Assembly (NCBI GenBank): GCA_938009115.1
Contig: CALLHZ010000037.1
Span: 3,230-67,229, forward strand
Source: an uncultured Clostridia bacterium
Lineage (GTDB): Bacteria; Bacillota; Clostridia; Peptostreptococcales; Anaerovoracaceae
Direction of reading: 5' to 3'
DNA length: 64,000 bases
Position numbers and translations under genes: made by a program. The notes under the pieces were generated by a model. That model was not told where the DNA came from. It saw only the letters and a program-made list of their open reading frames with translations, and did no database searches. Shown piece after piece: positions 1 to 10,095 of the stretch. The number at the start of each line of letters is the position of its first letter. The stretch's first letter is position 1.

Positions 1-1
1 C

Positions 2-415
2 ATGACAGCTCTGGAGAACGTCACCATCCCGCTGACCTTTCGGGGGGTGGAAAAGTCCAAACGGCTCAAGGCCGGCAAGGCGGCTCTGAAGTCCGTCGGC
101 CTGGAAGGCTACGACAACCGAAAGCCCTCCCAGATGTCCGGTGGCCAGCAGCAGCGGGTGGGCATCGCCCGTGCCCTGGTGGGAAATCCCAAGATCCTTT
201 TTGCCGACGAGCCTACCGGTAATCTGGATTCCAACACGACGAAGGAAGTGATGCAGATCATCGTGGAGCAGGCGCGCCGCCACGGCATGACGCTCATCCT
301 GGTCTCCCACGACCGGACCATCGCCGAATATGCAGACACGATCCTCACCATACAGGATGGAAATATCGTAAACAGGGAAGTCAGAAGGAGAAGAGATGAA
401 ACAAATGAGCAGTAG
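2..415 (+). CDS. ABC transporter ATP-binding protein, C-terminal part (5' end lies outside the window)
   Basis: ABC signature MSGGQQQRVGIARAL, Walker B ILFADEPTGNLD and H-loop LVSHD. MacB/LolD-like. Overlaps the next gene by 20 nt. Confidence 0.9.
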   Translation: MTALENVTIPLTFRGVEKSKRLKAGKAALKSVGLEGYDNRKPSQMSGGQQQRVGIARALVGNPKILFADEPTGNLDSNTTKEVMQIIVEQARRHGMTLILVSHDRTIAEYADTILTIQDGNIVNREVRRRRDETNEQ

Positions 416-2375
416 CAGGAGGAATCGGATCGGCCTGATGCTGGCGATCGTATTATTGGTCGCAGGGATTGCGCCGGTTGCAGCCTTTGGCGCGGACTCC
501 ATCAGCATCAGCCATACGGCAGGTTTTGACGCGGTGCAGGGCGACAGTCTGGTATTTATTACCGTGGACGCCACGGTGCTGTCCGGCACCGGCGACTACA
601 AACTGACGCTCACCGCGGGGGACAGCGATATCACGGTCACCTCGGGGGACAGCGGCGTGTTTGCCGGCGGCACGGACCAGTCGGCCACCTTTGCCGTGAA
701 GGTCGATAAAAAGGCTTCCGTGGGAGACCATACGCTGACCGTAAAAGTACTTGCATCTCCCGGTGGCGCACTCATCAATCAACGGGATATTACGCTGGAT
801 GTGGCGCGGAACCAGGATGGCTATTCCTCTCTGGGCGGCGCTGCTTTCGACGTGACCTATTCGGTTGCCGGCGGCAACACGATGGCAGCGGGCCAGACTC
901 AGACCCTTCGGCTTTCTTTGTTCAACCGGGGCAACACAGCCATTAAAAACGCCAGGATCAGCCTGACGCTGCCCGACGGCCTTTCCATCGCCAGCGGCGC
1001 CGCCACGATCAATGTGGGATATTTGTCCATCGGCAGCACGTACGTGGCGGAGTATCCCATCGCCGCGGACAGCGACCTGGAGAGCAAAAGCTATCCCGTG
1101 ACTGTGCAGATATCCGGCCTGAACACCTCCAACACCGAAATCAGCCTGGACGAGACCGTCTATGTGCCGGTGGTCGGCTCCGGCGGTTCGGGCGATCTGG
1201 ACCTGGAGATCACCGGCGTGCAGTCTCCGGAATCCGTGTCCGCCGGCAGCGACTTTTCGGTATCCTTCACCGTGACCAACAAGAGCGCTTATGACGCGGT
1301 CAATGTGAAGGCGGAGCTGAAGGTCCCCGAGGGCGTGATCAATAAAACCAAGAATGTGTTCCTGATTTCCAGACTGGCGCCGGGGGCCTCTCAAGTTTGC
1401 ACTGTCACCCTGAACGCGCGTCAGGGCGGCGAATATGCGCTGTTTGAGATTTCGGCGGGCAGCGCCGACGACACTCAGAAAGTATCCCAGTACGGCGGCA
1501 CCATGATCCAGGGCGGCGGAGGCGGAACAAACCCGCAGCTGATGGTCTCAGCCTACGGTTACGGCGGTCAGCCCGTCCGGGCCGGCGGTGAATTCAACCT
1601 GTCCCTGACTTTGAACAACACCAGCTCGGGCACGGCGCTGCAGAACATCAAAGTCACCGTTACCAGCGACGACAGCGCCTTCCTGCCCGTGGGCACCAGC
1701 AATGCTTTTTACGTGTCTTCGATCCCGGCCAGCAGCACCTTCACTCACCAGATGCGCCTGGCGGCCAAAAAAGATGCCGAGCAGCGCACCAGCACGGTAA
1801 CGGTCACCATGAGCTACGAAGACACCGCCGGCGGGACCTATACGGCCAGCGACATCATTTCCATCCCCGTGATCCAGGAAACAAGACTGGTGATCGACGA
1901 GATCCTGGATCCCGGCTATCTCACGGCGGACCAGATGGGTTACTTGAACGTGAACTATTATAATATGGGAAAAACCCAGCTCTCCAATCTTCGGGTGACG
2001 ACGGAAGGCGATTTTACAGTGGAAGGCTCCGCTACGATGTATGTGGGGAACATGGCCTCGGGCAAGAGCGATTATTACAGCGTCAACTTTTTCCCCAATG
2101 GCCCCGGTCCGCTGAACGGCAAAGTGACGTTTACGTTTGAGGATGCCGCAGGCGTGGAGCAGGTCATCGAGAAAACCTTTACTTTCCAGGTTGGCGAGGC
2201 CATGGTTTGGGAAGAAGATCCCAATATGCCCCAGCCGGAAATGCCTGCCGCCGGCATGAGCACATGGAAGGTGTTGGCCATCATGATCGCAGGCGCCGCC
2301 GCGGTCTTTGGCACCGTCAAATACAGGAAAAGAAAAAAGCTGATCAGGGACGAGGAGTTTGATCTGAATGAATAA
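396..2375 (+). CDS. membrane-anchored cell-surface protein with repeated Ig-like (CARDB/COG1361-type) domains
   Basis: RBS AGAAGGAG lies just upstream. Signal peptide RRNRIGLMLAIVLLVAGIAPVAAFGA. At least four beta-rich repeats share a core motif (LSLFNRGNTAIKN, FTVTNKSAYDAVN, LTLNNTSSGTALQN, VNYYNMGKTQLSN). C-terminal TM helix followed by KYRKRKK. Confidence 0.7.
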   Translation: MKQMSSSRRNRIGLMLAIVLLVAGIAPVAAFGADSISISHTAGFDAVQGDSLVFITVDATVLSGTGDYKLTLTAGDSDITVTSGDSGVFAGGTDQSATFAVKVDKKASVGDHTLTVKVLASPGGALINQRDITLDVARNQDGYSSLGGAAFDVTYSVAGGNTMAAGQTQTLRLSLFNRGNTAIKNARISLTLPDGLSIASGAATINVGYLSIGSTYVAEYPIAADSDLESKSYPVTVQISGLNTSNTEISLDETVYVPVVGSGGSGDLDLEITGVQSPESVSAGSDFSVSFTVTNKSAYDAVNVKAELKVPEGVINKTKNVFLISRLAPGASQVCTVTLNARQGGEYALFEISAGSADDTQKVSQYGGTMIQGGGGGTNPQLMVSAYGYGGQPVRAGGEFNLSLTLNNTSSGTALQNIKVTVTSDDSAFLPVGTSNAFYVSSIPASSTFTHQMRLAAKKDAEQRTSTVTVTMSYEDTAGGTYTASDIISIPVIQETRLVIDEILDPGYLTADQMGYLNVNYYNMGKTQLSNLRVTTEGDFTVEGSATMYVGNMASGKSDYYSVNFFPNGPGPLNGKVTFTFEDAAGVEQVIEKTFTFQVGEAMVWEEDPNMPQPEMPAAGMSTWKVLAIMIAGAAAVFGTVKYRKRKKLIRDEEFDLNE

Positions 2376-3687
2376 CAGGGACATCATCGAGCTGTGCGCA
2401 GGAAACCTTCTTCGCAGGAGGACCCGGACTATATTGGCCATCATCGGCGTGGTCGTGGGCACCTGTGCTATCGTTGTGATGCTCTCCATCGGGTTCGGCC
2501 TCAGCGCCAACTACCAGGAGCAGATCGAGTCCTACGGCAACCTTCATACGGTTCAGGTGTACAGCTACGGACGGGGCATGGATTCCTCGGGAAAAACCAC
2601 CGAACTGGACGATAAGACTATCGCTTCCATTGAGGCCATTCCCGGCGTCACATCGGTGACGCCGGTGATCGAGCAGTATCTGACTTTGGCGATCGGGCGC
2701 ATGGTCTGCAATACGTCGGTGTACGGGATCCGGCCGGAAACCATGGAGACCTTCGGTTTTGAGGTGGCCGAGGGGAGATTGCTGGAGGCTGGCGACAAGT
2801 ATGCCGTGGTATTCGGACGCAATGTGGCCAGCTGGTTCTATAATCCCCGGCAGCAGCAGGGCGCGGGCTGGGGCAGCGGCGAGCCTACAGTGGACGTGAT
2901 CACCACGGACCTGATCCTGACGGGTGACTGGAGCTATGGAACACCCCAGGAAGGAGAAGGCGAGATCCGTTATGAAACATACAAAGGGCAGGGAGTAGGC
3001 CTGCTGGCGGCGGAAAATGACGAGTCCTCCTACCGGGCCTATATGAGTTTGGATGCCCTGAAGGACATTCAGACAGAGATACGGAAGGCCAACGGCGAAG
3101 TGATCACCGGCGGAAAGATGACCTATCAGCAGGCGCTGGTGTATGTGGATGACATCAACGATGTGTCCGCTGTGTGTGACGTGATCCGGGATGAAATGGG
3201 GTTTGAAACTTACAGCCTCAACGACTGGCTGGAAAGCATGAAGGAAACGGCGGCCATGATCCAGGGAATCCTGGGAGGCATCGGCGCCATTTCTCTCCTG
3301 GTGGCAGCCCTGGGCATTGCCAATACCATGATCATGTCCATCTACGAGAGGACCCGGGAGATCGGTGTCATGAAGGTCATCGGCGCCAACCTGCGGGACA
3401 TTCGCAAGATGTTCCTGCTGGAAGCCGGCATGATCGGATTTTTAGGAGGCCTGGCCGGGCTGATCTTCAGCTATATCATTTCACTGATGCTCAACACCGT
3501 TCTGCTGCCCTTTATGCAGGGCTTCCTGGGATCCATGGGAAGCAGCGGATCTGTCGTGTCGGTGATCCCCTTTTGGGTGAGCGGCAGCGCGCTGTTGTTC
3601 GCCACCTTCATCGGCCTGGCTTCTGGGTACTATCCCGCCCAGCGGGCTATGAATCTGTCGGCGCTGGAAGGACTTAAAAATGAATAG
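2368..3687 (+). CDS. ABC transporter permease, FtsX/MacB family
   Basis: N-terminal TM helix, large extracytoplasmic domain and a C-terminal FtsX bundle (LLVAALGIANTMIMSIYERTREIGVMKVIGA). Start overlaps the upstream stop by 8 nt. Confidence 0.9.
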   Translation: MNNRDIIELCAGNLLRRRTRTILAIIGVVVGTCAIVVMLSIGFGLSANYQEQIESYGNLHTVQVYSYGRGMDSSGKTTELDDKTIASIEAIPGVTSVTPVIEQYLTLAIGRMVCNTSVYGIRPETMETFGFEVAEGRLLEAGDKYAVVFGRNVASWFYNPRQQQGAGWGSGEPTVDVITTDLILTGDWSYGTPQEGEGEIRYETYKGQGVGLLAAENDESSYRAYMSLDALKDIQTEIRKANGEVITGGKMTYQQALVYVDDINDVSAVCDVIRDEMGFETYSLNDWLESMKETAAMIQGILGGIGAISLLVAALGIANTMIMSIYERTREIGVMKVIGANLRDIRKMFLLEAGMIGFLGGLAGLIFSYIISLMLNTVLLPFMQGFLGSMGSSGSVVSVIPFWVSGSALLFATFIGLASGYYPAQRAMNLSALEGLKNE

Positions 3688-3693
3688 TTTTGC

Positions 3694-3722
3694 TTGACAT
3701 TTCAAGCACTCTGGATTATCAT
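3694..3722 (+). promoter_or_regulatory. sigma-70-type promoter for rplM-rpsI
   Basis: TTGACA (3694-3699), 17-nt spacer, TATCAT (3717-3722). Confidence 0.5.
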
Positions 3723-3729
3723 AACCTTT

Positions 3730-3883
3730 GCGCCGCAGCATCGGCGCAAGTTTTCAAAGGTACAGGCAGCTCTGCTGCCGCGGCCGAGCAGTTACCGTTG
3801 CAGTGCTGAAACCGATGAGCGACACTCATCAGAGTAGGCGCCGAACCGGATGGATATCCATCCCAGTAGGCAAGGAGGTCCAA
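3730..3883 (+). promoter_or_regulatory. structured 5' leader, candidate ribosomal-protein L13 leader
   Basis: About 150 nt of UTR with several clean hairpins: ttgcgccg/cggcgcaa, gatgag/ctcatc, ggatgg/ccatcc. It sits between the promoter and the rplM RBS. I could not check identity to the Firmicute L13 leader family by eye. Confidence 0.4.
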
Positions 3884-4312
3884 ATGTCATCTTACATTGC
3901 AAAGCCTTCCGAAATCGAAAGAAAGTGGTACGTGCTGGACGCAGAGGGAAAAACTCTGGGACGCCTGGCATCAGAAGCCGCTTCGATCCTTCGCGGAAAG
4001 AAAAAGCCCACCTACACTCCGTTTCTGGATACCGGCGATTACGTGATCGTGATCAACGCAGAACGGATCGAAGTGACAGGGAAGAAGAGAAAAGAAAAAG
4101 TTTACAAGCACCACACCGGCTATCCCGGCGGCCTTCGCGAAACCACCTTCGAAAAGCTGCAGGCCAAGAAACCCGATGAGATCATCCGTCACGCCATCAA
4201 AGGCATGATGCCCAAAGGGCCCCTTGGCAGACAGATGTATAAGAAGCTGAAGGTGTATGCAGGTCCGGAACACAAGCACGAAGCTCAAAAACCGGAAATC
4301 TGGAATTTCTAA
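3884..4312 (+). CDS. rplM: 50S ribosomal protein L13
   Basis: [30 protein letters not shown]... with RBS AAGGAGG 5 nt upstream. The ORF-track start at 3728 is an upstream in-frame extension. Confidence 0.95.
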   Translation: MSSYIAKPSEIERKWYVLDAEGKTLGRLASEAASILRGKKKPTYTPFLDTGDYVIVINAERIEVTGKKRKEKVYKHHTGYPGGLRETTFEKLQAKKPDEIIRHAIKGMMPKGPLGRQMYKKLKVYAGPEHKHEAQKPEIWNF

Positions 4313-4330
4313 GCGAAGGGAGAAACTGAA

Positions 4331-4723
4331 ATGGCCAAAATGCAATACTGCGGAACAGGCAGAAGAAAATCTTCCGTTGCCAGAGTACGACTGATTCCCG
4401 GCAAAGGAAGCATCACCATCAATAAAAAAGATTTGAACGACTACTTCGGCATGGAGATCCTCAAGAGCGAAGTCAGAAGGCCTCTGGGTCTTGTGAGCGC
4501 CGAAGGAAAATTCGATGTGGTCGCCACTGTCCACGGCGGCGGATTCACCGGTCAGGCCGGCGCCCTGCGCCACGGCATTTCCAGAGCTCTTTGCGAAGCG
4601 GATCCCGAGAACCGCGCTGCGCTCAAAGCTGCGGGTTTCCTTACCAGAGACCCCAGAATGACGGAGCGCAAAAAGTACGGCTTAAAGAAAGCCAGAAGAG
4701 CGTCCCAGTTCAGCAAGAGATAA
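4331..4723 (+). CDS. rpsI: 30S ribosomal protein S9
   Basis: [19 protein letters not shown] ... [25 protein letters not shown] at the C-terminus. Confidence 0.95.
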   Translation: MAKMQYCGTGRRKSSVARVRLIPGKGSITINKKDLNDYFGMEILKSEVRRPLGLVSAEGKFDVVATVHGGGFTGQAGALRHGISRALCEADPENRAALKAAGFLTRDPRMTERKKYGLKKARRASQFSKR

Positions 4724-4751
4724 TCCTGCCGATCTATACAGACATGCAAAC

Positions 4752-4780
4752 ATCCCGCAGCTTGCTGCGGGATTTGTATT
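4752..4780 (+). terminator. intrinsic terminator after rpsI
   Basis: 9-bp stem atcccgcag/ctgcgggat, loop cttg, followed by ttgtatt. Confidence 0.6.
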
Positions 4781-4808
4781 GACAGAAGAGAAGATGTCGG
4801 GATATAAT
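4779..4808 (+). promoter_or_regulatory. sigma-70-type promoter of the pur operon
   Basis: TTGACA (4779-4784), 18-nt spacer, TATAAT (4803-4808). Confidence 0.5.
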
Positions 4809-4829
4809 CATCGCATAATTTGAATGTTT

Positions 4830-4902
4830 TTTGTGACTGACGGATCAGTGGTTACCACAAGGGAGCAAAAAACAGAACCGAAATGCCGACCGTCTGGGCA
4901 GT
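4830..4902 (+). promoter_or_regulatory. ZTP (pfl motif) riboswitch aptamer
   Basis: GUGACUGACGG...GUGGUUACCAC..GGGAGC, a linker, then CCGACCGUCUGGGCA. This matches the conserved pfl blocks GACUGGCG / GG..ACCAC.GGGAGC / CCGCCUGGGCA. The G-to-A change in the first block is mirrored by a C-to-U change in the last. It lies upstream of purine biosynthesis genes. Confidence 0.7.
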
Positions 4903-4950
4903 CCTATGTGGCAATCCTTGTGATGCCATAGGACTGTCCTTTTATTTATT
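4898..4950 (+). terminator. riboswitch expression-platform terminator
   Basis: Stem cagtcctatg(t)ggca / tgccataggactg followed by ccttttatttatt. The 5' arm overlaps the 3' end of the aptamer (ctgggcag). Confidence 0.7.
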
Positions 4951-4968
4951 GGAAAAGAGGGGGAGCAA

Positions 4969-5463
4969 ATGAAAAAAATCGCAGTGATCATGGGAAGCGT
5001 CAGCGATCTGCCGGTGGTGGAAAAAGCCCTGGCGGTGCTTCGAGCCTACGGTGTTCCTTTCAGCGTGCGGGTGCTTTCAGCTCACCGGACGCCCAAGGCG
5101 GCCCAGGCCTTCGCGGAGTCTGCCAGAAGCGAAGGCTACGGCGTGCTGATCGCCGCCGCCGGCAAAGCCGCCCACCTGGCCGGCGCCCTGGCCGCCAACA
5201 CCACCCTGCCCGTGATCGGGCTTCCCGTCAAGTCTTCCGAATTGGATGGACTTGACGCTTTGTTTTCCACGGTGCAAATGCCTTCGGGGATCCCGGTGGC
5301 GACGGTAGCCATCAACGGCGGCGCCAATGCGGCGCTGCTGGCTGTTCAGATCCTGGCCGTGGAAGACGCAGATCTCGCCGGGCGTCTTGGGGAAGCGCGG
5401 CGGGCGGCAGAAGAAGAGTTGGCGGAAAAAGATCGGGAGATCGCGCAGCAGTTAAGTGAATGA
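4969..5463 (+). CDS. purE: 5-(carboxyamino)imidazole ribonucleotide mutase
   Basis: [18 protein letters not shown] (class I type), [24 protein letters not shown]. Confidence 0.9.
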   Translation: MKKIAVIMGSVSDLPVVEKALAVLRAYGVPFSVRVLSAHRTPKAAQAFAESARSEGYGVLIAAAGKAAHLAGALAANTTLPVIGLPVKSSELDGLDALFSTVQMPSGIPVATVAINGGANAALLAVQILAVEDADLAGRLGEARRAAEEELAEKDREIAQQLSE

Positions 5464-5487
5464 AGGGAACTTGTCAGGGAGGCTGTC

Positions 5488-6198
5488 ATGGAAAAAAGAG
5501 AACAGATTTACGAGGGAAAAGCAAAAAAAGTTTATGCTACCGATGACCCGGACTATTGCATCGTGAGCTACAAAGATGATGCCACGGCGTTCAACGGACT
5601 GAAAAAGGGCACCATCGCAGGCAAAGGCGCCATCAACAACCGTGTGACGAACCATCTGATGGGTTTGATCGAAAAAAGCGGTATCCCGACCCATTACGTT
5701 CAGGAGCTCAACGATCGGGAAACGGTCGTGAAAAGAGTGCGGATCATCCCGCTGGAAGTGATCGTGAGAAACCTCACCGCAGGCTCCATGGCCAAGCGCC
5801 TGGGCCTTGAGGAAGGGTTGGAGCTCAAGAAGCCGGTGCTGGAATTTTCATACAAGGATGACGCGCTGGGCGATCCCATGGTGAACGACGACCACATCCT
5901 GGCTTTGGGATTTGCTACGGAAGAGGAGCTTCTGCTCATCAAGGACTACGCGCTCCGGATCGACGGGATCCTGTCGGCATATCTGGCGGAAGCCGGCGTG
6001 CGGCTGATCGATTTTAAGCTGGAATTCGGCAAGACCTCCGAGGGAACCATCGTTCTTGCGGACGAGATCTCCCCGGACACCTGCCGGTTCTGGGATATCA
6101 ATACAAACGAAAAACTCGACAAGGATCGCTTCAGGCGGGATCTTGGACACGTGGAGGACGCTTATCAGGAGATCCTTCGACGTTTGCTGGGCGTATAG
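5488..6198 (+). CDS. purC: SAICAR synthetase
   Basis: [34 protein letters not shown]. Confidence 0.9.
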   Translation: MEKREQIYEGKAKKVYATDDPDYCIVSYKDDATAFNGLKKGTIAGKGAINNRVTNHLMGLIEKSGIPTHYVQELNDRETVVKRVRIIPLEVIVRNLTAGSMAKRLGLEEGLELKKPVLEFSYKDDALGDPMVNDDHILALGFATEEELLLIKDYALRIDGILSAYLAEAGVRLIDFKLEFGKTSEGTIVLADEISPDTCRFWDINTNEKLDKDRFRRDLGHVEDAYQEILRRLLGV

Positions 6199-6223
6199 CG
6201 AAGAATCATTCGGGAGAAAAAAG

Positions 6224-7699
6224 ATGTTCAATGAAATTCATGAAGAATGCGGCGTATTCGGCGTATACAGCCCGGTGAGCAACGGTGTTGCGGATCTGGC
6301 TTATCTGGGCCTTTTCGCCCTGCAGCACAGAGGTCAGGAAAGCTGTGGCATCACCGTGAACGACGACGGAGTGTTTCGGACCCATAAGGATCTGGGACTG
6401 GTGGAAGACGTTTTTTCAAGAGGAGAACTCGAAAAGCTGGGCCAGGGCAACATGGCTGTGGGACATACCCGCTACGGCACCACCGGCGGAAACGACCGGG
6501 CCAACTGCCAGCCCATCGTAGTGAACCACACCAAAGGGCGCATGGCCATCGCCCACAACGGGAATCTGGTGAACACTTTCGAGCTCCGGACAGAGCTGGA
6601 AGACTCCGGTTCGATCTTTCACGGCTCCAGCGATACGGAGGTCATTTCCCATGTGATCACAAGAGAGCGCATGAAGTGCAATTCCATCGAGGAAGCCGTC
6701 AGCCGTTCCATGGATCGTCTCAAGGGCGCTTATTCTTTGGTAGTGATGTCTCCCGCAAAAATGGTGGCTGTCCGGGACGAACACGGATTTCGTCCGTTGT
6801 GTTACGGGAAGATGGAGGACGGGACTTACATCGTCGCCTCTGAAAGCTGCGCCCTGGACGCCGTGGGCGCTGTGATGATCCGGGACATCCTTCCCGGCGA
6901 GATCGTAGTCTTTCAGAAGGATGAGGTTCGCTCCATCAAAGATCATTGCGGCAAAAAGCCCAGCCGCTTCTGCGTATTTGAGCTGATCTACTTTGCCCGG
7001 CCCGACTCCGTGATCTCAGGCTGCTCGGTACACGAAGCCCGCCTTCGCGCCGGCGCCTGTCTTGCTTTATCTCATCCTGTTGACGCCGACGTAGTGATCG
7101 GCGTCCCGGATTCGGGACTGGACGCCGCCATGGGCTATGCCAGACAGTCCGGCATTCCTTACGGTGTAGGATTCATCAAAAATCGATATATCGCCAGAAC
7201 CTTCATTTCTCCGGGGCAGAAGTCCCGGGAGGCGAAAGTAAGGATCAAGCTCAATCCGCTGGCTAAGACCGTGCGCGGCAAACGGGTGGTGCTGATCGAC
7301 GATTCCATCGTCCGCGGCACCACCAGCGCCCGCATCGTAGGGCTGCTGCGGGATGCGGGCGCCACAGAGATCCATTTCCGTTCCTCTGCCCCGCCCTTCC
7401 TGAATCCTTGCTACTACGGCACTGATATCGATTCTCGAGAGCATCTGATCGCTTGCCAGCACAGTGTCGAGGAGATCCGGGCCATGATCGGCGCCGATTC
7501 CCTGGGCTATCTGGATCCGGCCGATCTTCCCAAGCTGTTGGGCGACAGCGCCGTGGGCGGCTTCTGCTCCGCCTGCTTTAACGGAGACTATCCCACGGAA
7601 ATCCCCAAGCACCACAGCAAAATGCGCTTCGAGGGAAAGATATCGGAAAAAGAGCAGGAAGAAAAGGACGGCCCTTGCGATGAACAAAAGCCAGAGTGA
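6224..7699 (+). CDS. purF: amidophosphoribosyltransferase
   Basis: N-terminal [15 protein letters not shown] (Ntn cysteine) and PRPP loop [14 protein letters not shown]. The ORF-track start at 6056 overlaps purC and is rejected. Confidence 0.9.
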   Translation: MFNEIHEECGVFGVYSPVSNGVADLAYLGLFALQHRGQESCGITVNDDGVFRTHKDLGLVEDVFSRGELEKLGQGNMAVGHTRYGTTGGNDRANCQPIVVNHTKGRMAIAHNGNLVNTFELRTELEDSGSIFHGSSDTEVISHVITRERMKCNSIEEAVSRSMDRLKGAYSLVVMSPAKMVAVRDEHGFRPLCYGKMEDGTYIVASESCALDAVGAVMIRDILPGEIVVFQKDEVRSIKDHCGKKPSRFCVFELIYFARPDSVISGCSVHEARLRAGACLALSHPVDADVVIGVPDSGLDAAMGYARQSGIPYGVGFIKNRYIARTFISPGQKSREAKVRIKLNPLAKTVRGKRVVLIDDSIVRGTTSARIVGLLRDAGATEIHFRSSAPPFLNPCYYGTDIDSREHLIACQHSVEEIRAMIGADSLGYLDPADLPKLLGDSAVGGFCSACFNGDYPTEIPKHHSKMRFEGKISEKEQEEKDGPCDEQKPE

Positions 7700-8720
7700 C
7701 AGCTATAAAAAAGCCGGCGTGGATATCACGGAAGGATATCGCGCCGTGGAGCTTATGAAAAAACACGTGTCCCGCACGGCGATCCCCGGCGTTGTGGAAG
7801 GTCTGGGCGGATTCGGCGGTCTGTTTATGCCGGACCTAAAAGGGATTTCCGAGCCGGTGCTGGTGAGCGGCACCGACGGGGTCGGGACGAAGCTGAAGCT
7901 TGCCTTTCTGACGGATCGCCATGATACTGTGGGCATCGACTGCGTGGCCATGTGCGTCAACGACATCATCTGCTGCGGCGCAAAGCCACTGTTTTTTCTG
8001 GACTATATCGCGCTGGGGAAAAACGTGGCAGAAAAAGTGGCGGCCATCGTCGGCGGCGTAGCGGAGGGCTGTGTGAAGGCCGGCTGCGCCCTCATCGGCG
8101 GCGAGACCGCAGAAATGCCCGGATTCTATCAGGACGGGGAGTATGATCTGGCCGGCTTTGCTGTAGGCGTCGTGGACCGGGCCCGGATCCTTGACAAGGG
8201 GCAGGTCCGTCCCGGCGATGTGGTCGTGGGCCTTCCGTCCTCGGGGATCCATTCCAACGGCTATTCCCTGGTGCGCAAGATCCTTGACGTGGAGCACGCC
8301 GATCTCAAGACCCCGCTGGAATCCTTGGGCGGCATATCGTTAGGCGACGCGCTGCTGGAACCTACGCGGATCTACGTAAAGCCAGTGACGGAGCTCCTGG
8401 GCCGCGTCGGCGTCCGATCTCTGGCACACATCACCGGCGGCGGCTTTTATGAAAATATTCCCCGGAGCCTGCCGGAAGGCGTCGCCGTCAGGATCTCCCG
8501 CGCTTCCCTGGAAATCCCGCCGGTGTTCGAGCTGATCCGTCGGACGGGAAATGTTCCGGAACGTGATATGTTCAATACCTTCAACATGGGCATCGGCATG
8601 ACGGCTGTCATCGCCGGGGAGGATGCGGACGAAGCGCTGGATATCCTTGCCCGGGAAGGGCTGGATGCCCGGATCATCGGCGAGGTGGTTGCAGGCGAAA
8701 AGGAAGTGATCCTTTGCTGA
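7680..8720 (+). CDS. purM: AIR synthetase
   Basis: [36 protein letters not shown]. Confidence 0.9.
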   Translation: MNKSQSDSYKKAGVDITEGYRAVELMKKHVSRTAIPGVVEGLGGFGGLFMPDLKGISEPVLVSGTDGVGTKLKLAFLTDRHDTVGIDCVAMCVNDIICCGAKPLFFLDYIALGKNVAEKVAAIVGGVAEGCVKAGCALIGGETAEMPGFYQDGEYDLAGFAVGVVDRARILDKGQVRPGDVVVGLPSSGIHSNGYSLVRKILDVEHADLKTPLESLGGISLGDALLEPTRIYVKPVTELLGRVGVRSLAHITGGGFYENIPRSLPEGVAVRISRASLEIPPVFELIRRTGNVPERDMFNTFNMGIGMTAVIAGEDADEALDILAREGLDARIIGEVVAGEKEVILC

Positions 8721-9358
8721 ATGGCCAGGATCCCCTGCGGATCGCCGTGCTGATCTCCGGGGGCGGAACCAATCTTCAGGCTTTGCTGGATGCCCAGGCT
8801 TCCGGCGCGCTCCACAGCGGCCGGATCGTTCTGGTCGTGGCCGACAGAGAAGAGGCCTATGGCTTGGAGCGTGCCCGCCGGGCCGGCTGCAAAGCCGAAG
8901 TTGTGGTGCGCAAAGGAAAAAGCGCAGCCAAATTCGAGGAGCAGCTTCTGCAGAGTCTCGCCGCTGAGAAGATCGATCTGGTGGTCCTGGCGGGCTTCCT
9001 GTGTATTCTTAGTTCCGGCTTTGTACAAAAATACCCCGATCGGATCCTCAATGTGCATCCTTCTCTGATCCCTTCCTTTTGCGGAGAAGGTTATTACGGG
9101 TTGCGCGTCCACGAAGCAGTCCTGGCTGCCGGTGTCAAAGTGACCGGCGCCACGGTGCATCTGGTGAACGAGATCCCCGACGGAGGGAAGATCCTGTTGC
9201 AGAAAGCCGTGGGGGTCCGGGCGGACGACACGCCGCAAACGCTTCAGCGCCGGGTCATGGAAGAGGCGGAATGGATCCTGCTGCCCCAGGCGGCGGAAAT
9301 GGTGGCAGCGCAGCTGCTGGAACAGAGGAGGAGCGTGGCTCATGGTCAGACCATTTGA
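8714..9358 (+). CDS. purN: phosphoribosylglycinamide formyltransferase
   Basis: [42 protein letters not shown]. Apparent TTG start overlaps the purM stop. Confidence 0.85.
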   Translation: MLNGQDPLRIAVLISGGGTNLQALLDAQASGALHSGRIVLVVADREEAYGLERARRAGCKAEVVVRKGKSAAKFEEQLLQSLAAEKIDLVVLAGFLCILSSGFVQKYPDRILNVHPSLIPSFCGEGYYGLRVHEAVLAAGVKVTGATVHLVNEIPDGGKILLQKAVGVRADDTPQTLQRRVMEEAEWILLPQAAEMVAAQLLEQRRSVAHGQTI

Positions 9359-10085
9359 AAAGCAAACCCTGACAGAGCTTCTGGCCGGGAACCCTTATCC
9401 CGGCAGAGGCATTGCCCTCGGCTGCACCCCCGATGGCAAGAGAGCGGTCATCGTGTACTTTATCATGGGGCGCAGCGCCAACAGCCGGAACCGCATTTTT
9501 GAAGAGCAGGGAACCGATCTTTTCACTCGCCCCTTCGACGCGTCGAAAGTCGAGGATCCCTCCCTGATCATCTATGCGCCTCTCAGGGTCCTGGCTGAAG
9601 AGGATCGTTATCGTCTCATCGTGACCAACGGAGATCAGACGGATACCATCGCCGGCGCGCTGAAGCGGGGCGGCTCCTTTCAGCAGGCTTTGGAAACACG
9701 GTGCTTCGAACCAGACGGACCCAATTTTACACCCAGGATCAGCGGAATGGCGGAGTGGACGTCAAAAGGTGATAAGGGTTACCGGCTCAGCATCCTGAAA
9801 AGCGCAGACCCTGAAGGGAAGGGCTGCCTGCGGCAGTATTTCGAATATCCAATGGAAGCCGGGACCGGCCACTTCATTTCGACTTATGTCACCGACGGCG
9901 CGCCGCTGCCCTCTTTTGAGGGAGAGCCGAAGTCCGTTCAGATCCCGGGGGATACAGAAACTTTTGCCCGGGAGCTGTGGGAAAGCCTGGACCCGGAAAA
10001 CAAGATCTCCCTGTATGTGCGCAGCGTAGAATTTTCGACGAATCTGACTCGAAATGTCCTGATTAACCGCCACGGTAACCGGTGA
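9342..10085 (+). CDS. purO: IMP cyclohydrolase, PurO (archaeal) type
   Basis: NPYPGRGIALGCTPDGKRAVIVYFIMGRSANSRNRIF and LIVTNGDQTD are typical of the PurO-type IMP cyclohydrolase family. Located immediately before the AICARFT gene. Confidence 0.75.
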   Translation: MVRPFEKQTLTELLAGNPYPGRGIALGCTPDGKRAVIVYFIMGRSANSRNRIFEEQGTDLFTRPFDASKVEDPSLIIYAPLRVLAEEDRYRLIVTNGDQTDTIAGALKRGGSFQQALETRCFEPDGPNFTPRISGMAEWTSKGDKGYRLSILKSADPEGKGCLRQYFEYPMEAGTGHFISTYVTDGAPLPSFEGEPKSVQIPGDTETFARELWESLDPENKISLYVRSVEFSTNLTRNVLINRHGNR

Positions 10086-10095
10086 GGAGAAGATA

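Noticed and set aside
453-2510. 313-aa and 320-aa minus-strand ORFs opposite the surface-protein gene.
   Set aside because: They are shadow ORFs. The + frame has a signal peptide, repeated domains and a membrane anchor, and it is translationally coupled to both ABC genes.
3728-3883. The upstream in-frame extension of rplM proposed by the ORF track. Similar extensions are proposed for purF (6056), purD (11228), mrpG (24200) and the EamA gene (42930).
   Set aside because: The conserved N-termini and good RBSs sit at the internal starts. The extensions overlap upstream genes or leader RNA and encode non-homologous sequence.
4785-4968. Expected a guanine/adenine (purine) riboswitch in front of purE.
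   Set aside because: The conserved purine-riboswitch junction sequences are not present. The sequence fits the ZTP/pfl blocks instead.
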